64,000 nucleotides of DNA from an uncultured Oligoflexia bacterium (GTDB lineage Bacteria > Bdellovibrionota > UBA1018 > CAZJVD01): assembly GCA_964549505.1 (NCBI GenBank), contig CAZJVD010000001.1, positions 420,241-484,240 on the forward strand, in the 5' to 3' direction. A program made the translations under genes and the position numbers. Every line of letters begins with the position of its first letter. Within the stretch, counting starts at the first letter, position 1. Positions 20,601 through 28,621 of this stretch are shown here, one piece after another. The notes below the pieces were generated by a model. The model was not told where the DNA came from, did not search any database, and was given only the letters and a program-made list of their open reading frames with translations.

Positions 20601-21772
20601 GCCATGCCCTGTACGATGGATTCGGCAAGTGCCGACATGAAAACCGCGCCGATCGTTCGCGAGTCGGGCATCCCCTTTCGGTCGGTCACCCCGTTGGGCC
20701 AAGCTGCGACCAAACTCTGGAGTTCGACGGGAAGTCCTTCGGCGATTCGTGTCTGACCGATCTGGACAATCGTACTGGACAGTTCTGCAACCGGTGCGCC
20801 TTCGCGAGCGTCGATGATCACGCCATAAGCACCACGAAAGCGTTCGTCGTTCCACAAAGTCTGTACGAGTGATCCCCAGTCCACCTTCTCAGCGGTCTTT
20901 CCAAGGCGCAGGCGTAGGTCTTGGTCGGGTTCGTCATCTACTTGTTGTTGCGGCGAAAAACCGACGAAGTCACTTAGGTCGTCAGGAGGTTTGGGACCCG
21001 GTTCGTGATCGCGACCGAGGAGAAACCGCACCATCGCAAGTTTGTCAGACCAAAAGGAATAAAGAGCGCCACGGGTCAAGAGCAGATGCTGTTCGGCCGT
21101 TGGAACGGAAGCCCGCGAGGAGATTCGCTCAAGGGTGAGTCGGTCACGTGACAGGCGCAGCGTAACAGATTCTTGATCATACGTGATCTCGAGCGAGGCA
21201 AGCGGTGAAGCCGTGTCGGGCGAGAGAACGGCCTGGTTGGTCAGCGCGCCCAGCAGGCGATCCGCAGTGGATCGGTTCAGGCGCACGGTGTACTTGTTAA
21301 AAAACTCTTCGTTTGCAACGCCGGGATAGAGTCGACCGTAGATATCAACCAAGCGTTCCACTTGAGAGAAATACTGGCGTAACAAGACGGATTGGTGAAT
21401 TGACAGCAGTGTCGCGGACTCCATTTCTTCGACGTAGGAACCCTGCGAAGCGCGACTAAACGGATTCGTCGCAAAGAAAAACGAAAGATCGGATCCAAGA
21501 CGATCGACTTGCTTTGCGACTGCGAAAAACGCTGTCTTAGCTTCGGATTGTCGGCTTATGGCCGCGCTGATCGCCCTTGAAATTTCGATATCAAGTTTCT
21601 GGGTCCGTTCGAGTAAAGCCGAAGCGTCGTTGAAACGAGGTTGATCGTCCTCGGATCGTGCGAACGTAGAAAACGAGAGAGTAAAAATGAAAAGCGTAAG
21701 GACGGTAACCCAACGGGTCTGCGTTGACCGAAGCTTTGGCTCAGACTGAAAGCCAAGACACATCACGGGCAC
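17648..21772 (-). CDS. Giant exported protein (~1370 aa; ATG 21763 after an AGGAG SD likely) with membrane segments and two J-like repeats; paralog of 2280..6575
   Basis: Signal WVTVLTLFIFTLSFSTFARS|; hydrophobic cluster at ~18880-19365; shared C-terminal GRRVYVLP vs GTRRYILLP. Confidence 0.9.
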   Translation of the reverse strand: MPVMCLGFQSEPKLRSTQTRWVTVLTLFIFTLSFSTFARSEDDQPRFNDASALLERTQKLDIEISRAISAAISRQSEAKTAFFAVAKQVDRLGSDLSFFFATNPFSRASQGSYVEEMESATLLSIHQSVLLRQYFSQVERLVDIYGRLYPGVANEEFFNKYTVRLNRSTADRLLGALTNQAVLSPDTASPLASLEITYDQESVTLRLSRDRLTLERISSRASVPTAEQHLLLTRGALYSFWSDKLAMVRFLLGRDHEPGPKPPDDLSDFVGFSPQQQVDDEPDQDLRLRLGKTAEKVDWGSLVQTLWNDERFRGAYGVIIDAREGAPVAELSSTIVQIGQTRIAEGLPVELQSLVAAWPNGVTDRKGMPDSRTIGAVFMSALAESIVQGMAETEAMFTGVMDVSGLFGLDNTPEESAEAKRSREIIDGAHRRLRAYVEKALITIQRDTKNGAALIASMTKAWIDAATAEPSGQYAANQISRLKWEAEVAAIVETVRNPPEEVSIPALHLATSRWMLEHQNDKNFKHPYLGFSTPTLKYLQMLVSAEDYATARGWYRSWIHTALQLTDEGLPLKLLVDRLSANVRSDRARAKENPPPSRTGGKNKLMDRIDAKTAQDMFDMLEHLAWIGDYFGFTRRDDCPPAYTDLVKEPQLVKLYLQARKEIEIDKIPILSSRFGGDLSAFDRFVSHIKPVRGLYNWLSKWTWLDQRDWDSNLADELAAKNPDHATFARLLDEALERSEERILDNLKTIGGANSVEDLRAWIDSSLLSDLMARFPSLTDEHQKALREILYPARHELALDDAVHMLFNIGNYASFSPGLIAIISLVDGNYVVAASCFTLGTGVFSRFTKGVPVLGDIPPFLKTAQGIAAPLMAFGWFHTSMHLIVMKDVIAKPVNYYFSPWDLSTWWIFGKSGRARLFGALDDYAASPGGEHVILGEDLERSHQQFQEEEAAVLSNMLIVGAFKAYGIFAKSRFSKPKIYAFKFNARSLMNPRTWFTPGEWVLGARGIEQRSAELFGKLGWKSDFQWNRDAIGKQADAVAAEHRRAGRERDAQEVESARDELQSLLRSVEKSWDTLVHLHKYDLRTLGLKPEGLTPDILAEHLARLRKLMGSRALTDSERRQIELAVVRINGTFAHMRAITSGRPYLQELYLGRFGEHLPQEIRDILAGINTEGDPELWGTTLSGRRVYVLPWSAATASEVQDRIQKLRSEYPQLEVEYIALQESEGRAARQVVALSIDPLSRTDTLAKLKKDLSLKPDDERGITATSGLLNILQVALDETVTAAQKRALLEPLAKRQARLLKSDRERFETVARYDLATGALKKNADGFWFRDRAVPEASPKVESILLLLNESRHYSRLADLVVKDAGATGEAR

Positions 21773-21781
21773 TCCTAAAAT

Positions 21782-22561
21782 CTATCGACACACGCCAGCG
21801 ACGGCCGCTCGACTAAAAACCTGGCAGGCATCTTCGGACAGTGTGCACACTTCTCGCCTGGATCGCTTCGTATAGCGTTCCATGGCCTCAATCAGTCGCG
21901 TTCCCAGTTCACCAGCCGAGCGAGCGATGCGGGACTCGATGACGGCTCTCAAAATATTCGAGACGGGTCGTGCGGGCATTTTTGAAAGGCACGTTTCAAA
22001 GGTACGGGCAAAAACAGAAACTCCGGTGCGTTTGACGATTTCGGTCGAAGCTCTTTGTGCTGCGGCAAATACAGCAGGCTCGACCTTCTCGGCGCCCGTA
22101 CGGTCGCGTTCGGTTTCGACGGCACGAAGCGAAGCCTCCATTTCGCGTGCGTTGAGTGGACGTTCGCCGGAGGCGTTGGTTTTGTCCGCAGATCGTGGGC
22201 TGATCGCCGTTAGCTCTTTCAATGAATCGTAAACCGAAGCTGTACGCGCTCGGCCTCGCGCGAGGTCGTCGAACCAGCGCTCAAGTTTCGTTACGCGCTC
22301 TTCACCGCCGCGTTCACGGACGCGCTCGGCCAGTGCAGTATAGCGCTCACTAGGAGTCTTGAGTGCCCACGTATCGAAACCGAGTCCGATACTTTCCATG
22401 AGTTTACGTGCCTCGGGGTTGCGCCGCATCTCCCTCACCATCTCCACCGACACTTCCCTCCCTCCACCCTTGCCCTGAGCCCAAACTACTGAGCTCTGTT
22501 GAACAAGCAGGAACAGGATCAAGCCGATCGTTGATAGCCGGTGAGAGTGCCGAAAATGCAT
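21782..22561 (-). CDS. Exported small protein (259 aa) with C-terminal cysteines; paralog of 6766..7686
   Basis: Signal ..LILFLLVQQSSVVWA|Q; KRTGVSVFARTFETCL motif; 9-nt gap to the next gene. Confidence 0.85.
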   Translation of the reverse strand: MHFRHSHRLSTIGLILFLLVQQSSVVWAQGKGGGREVSVEMVREMRRNPEARKLMESIGLGFDTWALKTPSERYTALAERVRERGGEERVTKLERWFDDLARGRARTASVYDSLKELTAISPRSADKTNASGERPLNAREMEASLRAVETERDRTGAEKVEPAVFAAAQRASTEIVKRTGVSVFARTFETCLSKMPARPVSNILRAVIESRIARSAGELGTRLIEAMERYTKRSRREVCTLSEDACQVFSRAAVAGVCR

Positions 22562-22766
22562 AGAAATTTCGCTCCAAATTTCTAAAGAGAACTTAGTCTT
22601 TAATTAATCTTTCAGGGTCTTTCCGCAAGACGTTCCGCAAAGCTGAAACCCGAAAAACGGAGCTCAATTTATCTAAGTGGACCAAAAAAATCAAGTTTAA
22701 ACTTGTGATGTGTAAAAAACCCCAAGAAAACTCTCAAGAAAACCACGGGAAAGCTAATGATCCCTA

Positions 22767-23843
22767 TCACTTAGGATCGAGCGCAAGCGGCAACTCGGTC
22801 CCGTCACCGGGCTCGGTGGATTCGGGCGCCTCATCTTCTTCGGCCTCGTCAAATCGCTGAGCCGAGGTCACTCTCGATTTGAACCAACACGTAGGCCGGA
22901 CGCTTTCGGGAGAGGATGATGACTCCCATGAAAAACAAGAAGACGGCGCTGCATCTCTCTCAGCCACAGCGCTGTGGCGTCCTCGAATAAAATGATATCG
23001 GCCGGGGATGTCGGTCATGTCAAAACGGTCCGTGCAAAGCGCACCGGCGAGATAGGTATCGAGCCGGCACTGGAGCGCCGGATGCGAATCGTCTGTCTTG
23101 GTGACTTGACGAGGATCTCGCGTTGCGTGCGAGGCACGTACGGGTAGCGGAAGTGGGCGCGACCGCGAAGAGGGATTCTGGGAGAGGCGATTGTTGTATT
23201 CCATGACGGCCGCGTACGCGGATGCGTAAAAGAGGTTCGTGAGCGACAGTCCCGCGTTCGCCGTTCGGTAACAGAGATTTCGATCGGCCTCGCTTCCCCA
23301 CGTAGTATCGCACTTGTTCTTGGCAGCCGGAGCAACGCTCCAGGCGGCCTCCGCATTCAGTCTAACGTCATCGGCCCACATCAAGCGCGTGCAGACTTGA
23401 GCCGCGTAGTAATCCGATTGCCCCTCGTTGCTCACGTAAGCAAACGATCCGTGTGCGAAAACATACCCGCCGAAAAGATGACCGACCTCATGGCACGCAA
23501 CCAACATGAAACCATCCGGAGTGATCTCGGGTCGTCGTGCTAAACCGCCCATCATATGGATAACCCACCGAGAGCGCTTCTTGGCGGCATAAGCGTTCAC
23601 CGTGCTTTCTTCCCAGGCGCGCTCGATTTCGAACCGCGCTCGGAAGGTCGCTGCGAGCGGTCTGTAAACGGCGTCGATTCTGTCGAGAATTTCGTTAAAC
23701 GTCCGGAGATCGATATTCGGCGGAGCGAGTGTGTCCCGCGCGGTCAAGTGCAACGTGTTCTCCGGAAGAATTTGCCCAAGAGCTTCGCGGTGAAAAGCGC
23801 TCAACGACAAGGTCGCCAGCAGGACGATCGAAAGTTGTTTCAT
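22767..23843 (-). CDS. Secreted Cys-rich HExxH zinc metalloprotease (M48-like/gluzincin-type)
   Basis: Signal peptide; VNAYA, CHEVGH, downstream EGQSDYYA, late HP..CR motif. Confidence 0.8.
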   Translation of the reverse strand: MKQLSIVLLATLSLSAFHREALGQILPENTLHLTARDTLAPPNIDLRTFNEILDRIDAVYRPLAATFRARFEIERAWEESTVNAYAAKKRSRWVIHMMGGLARRPEITPDGFMLVACHEVGHLFGGYVFAHGSFAYVSNEGQSDYYAAQVCTRLMWADDVRLNAEAAWSVAPAAKNKCDTTWGSEADRNLCYRTANAGLSLTNLFYASAYAAVMEYNNRLSQNPSSRSRPLPLPVRASHATRDPRQVTKTDDSHPALQCRLDTYLAGALCTDRFDMTDIPGRYHFIRGRHSAVAERDAAPSSCFSWESSSSPESVRPTCWFKSRVTSAQRFDEAEEDEAPESTEPGDGTELPLALDPK

Positions 23844-23871
23844 TGTTAAATTTTCAGTGAAAATTTAACAA
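23843..23871. promoter_or_regulatory. Perfect 29-bp palindrome over the translation start region of the protease (operator or RBS-occluding hairpin)
   Basis: TTGTTAAATTTTCA-G-TGAAAATTTAACAA. Confidence 0.6.
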
Positions 23872-23911
23872 ACTGAAAGCGGTAGTTTTTTGACGAGCGT
23901 CGCGCCGACGA

Positions 23912-24811
23912 TTACGGCGCGAGAAAAGCGCGTTCCGTCAGGTCCGTTCGGAACAAGAGTGGATGCAGCTCGCGCGACTTCAAAAAATCGTCGAAGGCTT
24001 TCTTAGCGCCAAACCATGTTCCATAGTCGTCGCTGATCACAACACCGCCGCGCACGACGGAACCATACATCGCATCGAGAACATGTTTGATGAGATCGTG
24101 CCAATCGAGATCGATTCGAAATACTGCGATGGCGCCATGACTTTCGCCCAAAAGCGCTTGTGGCGCTTGAGCAGGAACCGTCTGCCGGATGTCACCTTGG
24201 ATGAAATGAATTTTATCTTTCGGGTAACCCGACTCGAAAATATAACGTTGAACCGCCTCGAGCGGCCAAGCGCATGCCTCATTATACTCGTGAGCCGCGT
24301 TCTGTTGATTGGCGAGCCAGTTCGCGCGGTTGGTTTCTGCTGAAAGTTTGCGGTGCGGTTTAAAATCCAGCGTCCCAGGCTCCGTCATCCCAGCAAACGT
24401 GTCGTAAAGAAAAACATCACGGCTCGTGTCACCAAAGGCTTTTAGCGTCTCAAGCATGAGGCGAACGTGCCGACCTTGATAGACACCGCACTCGACGAGT
24501 GCACCCGGAATCTTGTTCTGCACGACATATTTCACAGACGAATACGTCGTGAGCAGTTTCGGCTGCGCCGACATGGGTTCCACGCCGGATACCGATGTTT
24601 TCGATTTTTCGACAGCCGTTAAGAACTCGGGGTCAAAACTCCAAGATCGGTCGCGCTTGGATCCGTGACCCTCTTCCGCAGGCGGCACTCCACCCGCGCC
24701 ACCGACGCGCGGCGCGCGTCGCACTTCAAGGCCCAGTTTTCCGAGCGCTTGTCCAAGTGCGAGCTTGATACTCTTTTTAACTCCGTCTTTTGCTCTCTGG
24801 CTCAGGTTCAT
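23912..24811 (-). CDS. TylF/MycF/NovP-family SAM-dependent O-methyltransferase
   Basis: PGALVECGVYQG, YDTFAGM, IDLDW, GGVVISDDYG motifs. Confidence 0.88.
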   Translation of the reverse strand: MNLSQRAKDGVKKSIKLALGQALGKLGLEVRRAPRVGGAGGVPPAEEGHGSKRDRSWSFDPEFLTAVEKSKTSVSGVEPMSAQPKLLTTYSSVKYVVQNKIPGALVECGVYQGRHVRLMLETLKAFGDTSRDVFLYDTFAGMTEPGTLDFKPHRKLSAETNRANWLANQQNAAHEYNEACAWPLEAVQRYIFESGYPKDKIHFIQGDIRQTVPAQAPQALLGESHGAIAVFRIDLDWHDLIKHVLDAMYGSVVRGGVVISDDYGTWFGAKKAFDDFLKSRELHPLLFRTDLTERAFLAP

Positions 24812-24819
24812 GGAAAGTC

Positions 24820-26298
24820 CTACAGCTGATTCTGAATGTTCTCGACCATCTCGCGGACTTTCGGATCCGCATCAAAAGCCGTTTCGATTTTCTCGCAGGC
24901 GTGCATCACGGTCGTATGATCGCGCCCACCAAAGTAAAGCTCACCAATGTCTTTGAATCCAAGACGCAAGTACTTGCGCACCAGATACATCGCCACTTGT
25001 CTCGGTAGAGCAAAGTTCTTAAGTCGCGAAGAACTCTTGAGGTCACTCACGCGAATTCCAAAATGTTTCGAAACGATATCCTGAATCGACTCAGGCGTGA
25101 TCTCGGCTGCGGCGTCCGCTCCGTGATCGCGAAGCTCGTTCTGCGCCATCTCGAGTGAGATCTCAGCGCCCGTCAACGAAGCGCGCGCTTTGAGTTTTGT
25201 CAGCACTCCCTCGAGCTCGCGAACGTTATTCTTGACGTGAACCGCGAGCAAGTTCGCGATTGAATCGTCGAGATAGATGTCATCGTGTTCGGCCTTAGCT
25301 TTCAGAATCGCGATCCGCGTTTCGATTTCCGGCGGCTGAATGTCCACCACGAGGCCCTGTTCAAATCGCGTACGGATCCGCTCTTCGAGCTTTTCGATCT
25401 CTTTGGGCGGACGATCGCTCGTCACGACGATCTGCTTTTTGAGCGAATACAGCGCGTTGAACGTGTGAAAGAACTCTTCTTCTGTCGACTTCTTGCCTGC
25501 AATGAACTGAATATCGTCGATCAAAAGCATGTCAAACGCGTTTCGATACTTTTCTCGAAAACGGGTCATCTGGTGATGCTGCATGGACTCGATCAATTCA
25601 TTCAAAAACATTTCGGCTGAAAGATACAGGACACGTAGATGCGGGTGATGCGCGAGAACATGGTTACCGATCGCGTGCAGCAAGTGCGTTTTTCCGAGTC
25701 CTGGATAACTGTAAATAAAAAGCGGGTTGAACGCGTGACCGGGCTTTTCAGCAACCGCGACCGCGCTCGCATGACTGTACTGGTTACTCGCTCCAACAAT
25801 GAACGTCGGAAACACAAAACTCTCGTCGATCCGCGCTTTCTGCGACCGAGCCCTCAGTGTCTCGGATGGATTGACGTCGCTGCGACCGATGCCGACTTTG
25901 AGAACGCGCTTGTTCGTGTTCTTGCGATCGGCGCCGCTCGTGACCGAACGGTGTTCCGACGGATGCTCGGGCTCACGCAGCGCGAATCCTGGCTCTTCCT
26001 CGTCAGGCTTGCGTTCGGCGCGTGCCACGATGTCAAGATCACAAGGACCACCGGTCACTTGCTCAAGGGCGCGCCGCATTTTCTCTTCAAAATGGTCTTT
26101 GATCCACACCGCATGAAAGGGGTTGGGCGCTAAAAACCGCACAAACGTCCGTTCCGAACGCTTTTCCAAGGCCTCGAGCTCAAGTGGCGAAACCCATGCC
26201 CGTAGGAGACTCCCCACTTCGGACTGTTCCAAAAGACGGTAAGCAGCTCGCCAAACTTCAGGCCACTGCGACGAATCCGGATCAAAGCTTGTGCGCAT
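24820..26298 (-). CDS. dnaA: Chromosomal replication initiator DnaA
   Basis: NPLFIY..PGLGKTHL, LLIDDIQF, EEFFHTFN, NVRELEG, GGRDHTTV. Confidence 0.98.
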   Translation of the reverse strand: MRTSFDPDSSQWPEVWRAAYRLLEQSEVGSLLRAWVSPLELEALEKRSERTFVRFLAPNPFHAVWIKDHFEEKMRRALEQVTGGPCDLDIVARAERKPDEEEPGFALREPEHPSEHRSVTSGADRKNTNKRVLKVGIGRSDVNPSETLRARSQKARIDESFVFPTFIVGASNQYSHASAVAVAEKPGHAFNPLFIYSYPGLGKTHLLHAIGNHVLAHHPHLRVLYLSAEMFLNELIESMQHHQMTRFREKYRNAFDMLLIDDIQFIAGKKSTEEEFFHTFNALYSLKKQIVVTSDRPPKEIEKLEERIRTRFEQGLVVDIQPPEIETRIAILKAKAEHDDIYLDDSIANLLAVHVKNNVRELEGVLTKLKARASLTGAEISLEMAQNELRDHGADAAAEITPESIQDIVSKHFGIRVSDLKSSSRLKNFALPRQVAMYLVRKYLRLGFKDIGELYFGGRDHTTVMHACEKIETAFDADPKVREMVENIQNQL

Positions 26299-26407
26299 GT
26301 TGAAAACTATTCACCGTGTGTTTTAGGGCTCCAAAAAAGGGGGAACTGTAGGGGTAGCACCATCCTCTGGCATTGACAACTTTAACGCGGTCGATTATCC
26401 CTGCGGC

Positions 26408-26557
26408 ATGAAAAGAACTTGGCAGCCGAGCAAAACCAAGCGACGGCGTAAACACGGTTTCATGAAACGCATGTCCTCAGTCGGCGGCCGCAACGTTCTT
26501 AGACGGCGCAGAGCTCGAGGGCGTCGTCGATTGACTGTCCGTGTCTCCGGTAAGTAA
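26408..26557 (+). CDS. rpmH: 50S ribosomal protein L34
   Basis: Manual translation [49 protein letters not shown]; divergent from dnaA. Confidence 0.97.
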   Translation: MKRTWQPSKTKRRRKHGFMKRMSSVGGRNVLRRRRARGRRRLTVRVSGK

Positions 26558-26936
26558 GCGTACGCACAGCGGGGAAGCCACTTCCCCATCGCTTCCCTTC
26601 GGATTTGAAAACCGCCTTCATAAGCGAGCTGATTTCCTAAGATTTTTTGAGAACAGCCAAGCGCGTAAGCGTGGTGATGTTCTCTATTTTGTGACGACGA
26701 ACGATCGCGACTGTTTTCGTCTCGGCGTCACGTTCAAGCTTCGTATGAGTTCTGTTGTGCGCAATCGTCTGCGCCGCGCGATTCGGGAAACGTTCCGATT
26801 GCTCGGACCCGAGCTCCGCGGTCGCGACTTTAACGTTGTGGTACGACGGGAAAGCTGCTTAGATCCGTTGGGTCAAAAACGTTTCCGATCGGACTTAAGA
26901 GAGCTTCTTCTGCTGGAGAGAAAAGGGAATTCGTAA
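26541..26936 (+). CDS. rnpA: Ribonuclease P protein component
   Basis: [24 protein letters not shown] (RNR motif); position after rpmH; exact start uncertain. Confidence 0.9.
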   Translation: MSPVSKRTHSGEATSPSLPFGFENRLHKRADFLRFFENSQARKRGDVLYFVTTNDRDCFRLGVTFKLRMSSVVRNRLRRAIRETFRLLGPELRGRDFNVVVRRESCLDPLGQKRFRSDLRELLLLERKGNS

Positions 26937-28621
26937 TGGTTTTGTTTTTTAAGATGTATCGGCGGATCGTTTCGCCGGCTTTGCATTTCTTTGGTTCAGC
27001 CATGGCCGGTCCTGGCCGAGGATGTCGGTTTGTTCCGAGTTGTTCGTGCTATGCGGAAGAGGCTTTTCAGCGCCATGGTTTTTTTCGTGCTGTCGCGCTC
27101 ACGACCCGCAGATTGTTTTCCTGTCACCCACTTCGCATTTTTGGCGGACGCTCAGGGTTCGATCCCGTTCCGATGATCGCGATCGTGTGGTTGGCGGGGT
27201 TTGCACACACAGTGATGACGAATCCTGCGCGTGCCGCGGAGGGAGCTCCGGAGTTCACAACGTCGATCGGTCGCGCGGTTGGTGGCACGGGGTCATCATT
27301 CTTTTCCGGTTGGTCGCTCGCAAAGTACAAGAACACTTCGTTCGACATCACGCAGGTCCCGGGCGAGTTTCAGTTTGCGTTTGATGACCCGTCGCTGAGT
27401 TATCTTGATCAAATCAAAGGACAGTGGGCACGCGAAGGGGACACCTGGGTTTGGACATTCTCGGACGAGAATCTCACACTCAAGCGAACCATTCGCGAAG
27501 ATCTCGCACAACCTTTCTTGCGCGTCTCGGTCACGGCTGACTTCAAAAAAGCGCTCCCGAAGTTTGCGTTTGTTTCGGTGATCGCAACGGGCGGCGTGCA
27601 TGAAGACGAAAAACGCGATCACCACTTTGTGTATTTTTCGGACAAGTCGATTGAGCGCGTGGCTGTTCTTGAGGAACATGCTGTCGAAGCTATCGAGCAG
27701 CCGATACGTTGGATGGGTGTGACCGGGCGCTATTTTACGTTGCTCGTCAAGCCGGAGTCAGGTCCTGCACCACGGGGTGTGATCCAACCGTTCGGTACCG
27801 GCGGTGGTCGTTTGAGTTTGATCCTTCCCGTTTCTGGAAATCGATTCGAAACGAGTTTCGTCACGTACTACGGTCAAAAAGACCTGCGTATTCTTCGATC
27901 GATTGATCCAACCTGGGATCATGTTGTTGATCTCGGATTTTTTACGGTGGTTGCTTATCCCTTGCTCAAGCTCCTCAACTTTTTCTTTGGATTTGTGCAC
28001 AACTACGGTTGGGCCATCGTGCTTCTCACCGTACTCGTCAAGGTTCTTACGTTTCCGCTCACTTACAAGAGCATGGTCGGGATGCGAAAGATGGCGGAGC
28101 TTCAGCCGGAGATTGCGCGTCTCCAGGCTAAGTTCAAAGACGATCGCGTTCGCCTCAACCAAGAGATGCTCGGCTTCATGAAAAACCGTGGTTACAACCC
28201 GATGGCGGGTTGTTGGCCGCTTTTTGCGCAAATGCCGATCTTTTTTGCGCTATATCAAGTGCTTTACAGCAGTGTGGAGCTGTATCAGGCGCCGTTTGCG
28301 TTCTGGATCCAAGACCTTTCAGCGAAGGACGCTTACTATGTACTTCCGATCCTGGTCTCTTTGACGTGGTTTCTGCAGCAGAAGATCCAACCATCGACGA
28401 TTCAGGATCCAGTTCAGCGTCGGATGATGCAGCTGATGCCGCTGGTTTTTGGGGTTTTCATGCTGACCCTCCCTGCGGGACTTGGGATTTACTTTTTGGT
28501 CAACGCAGTGTTAAGTATTGTTCAACAATTGGCATTGAATAAAAAACTAGGGCCCATGCCGGAGATGACCCTAGGACCTGCCACGAAGAAGTTGAACAAT
28601 GGAACACTCACCCAATCGTGA
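26936..28621 (+). CDS. yidC: YidD-YidC in-frame fusion (membrane protein insertase with N-terminal insertion-efficiency factor)
   Basis: N-terminal CRFVPSCS.YA.EA...HG..CHP..GFDPVP (YidD) continues without a stop into YidC (NYGWAIVLLT, NPMAGCWP, QMPIF, WIQDLS, LPAGLGIY). Confidence 0.9.
   Translation: MVLFFKMYRRIVSPALHFFGSAMAGPGRGCRFVPSCSCYAEEAFQRHGFFRAVALTTRRLFSCHPLRIFGGRSGFDPVPMIAIVWLAGFAHTVMTNPARAAEGAPEFTTSIGRAVGGTGSSFFSGWSLAKYKNTSFDITQVPGEFQFAFDDPSLSYLDQIKGQWAREGDTWVWTFSDENLTLKRTIREDLAQPFLRVSVTADFKKALPKFAFVSVIATGGVHEDEKRDHHFVYFSDKSIERVAVLEEHAVEAIEQPIRWMGVTGRYFTLLVKPESGPAPRGVIQPFGTGGGRLSLILPVSGNRFETSFVTYYGQKDLRILRSIDPTWDHVVDLGFFTVVAYPLLKLLNFFFGFVHNYGWAIVLLTVLVKVLTFPLTYKSMVGMRKMAELQPEIARLQAKFKDDRVRLNQEMLGFMKNRGYNPMAGCWPLFAQMPIFFALYQVLYSSVELYQAPFAFWIQDLSAKDAYYVLPILVSLTWFLQQKIQPSTIQDPVQRRMMQLMPLVFGVFMLTLPAGLGIYFLVNAVLSIVQQLALNKKLGPMPEMTLGPATKKLNNGTLTQS

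Noticed and set aside
22562-22766. oriC in this AT-rich gap or in the dnaA-rpmH gap
   Set aside because: Only weak TTCCGCA-type matches; no cluster of DnaA boxes.
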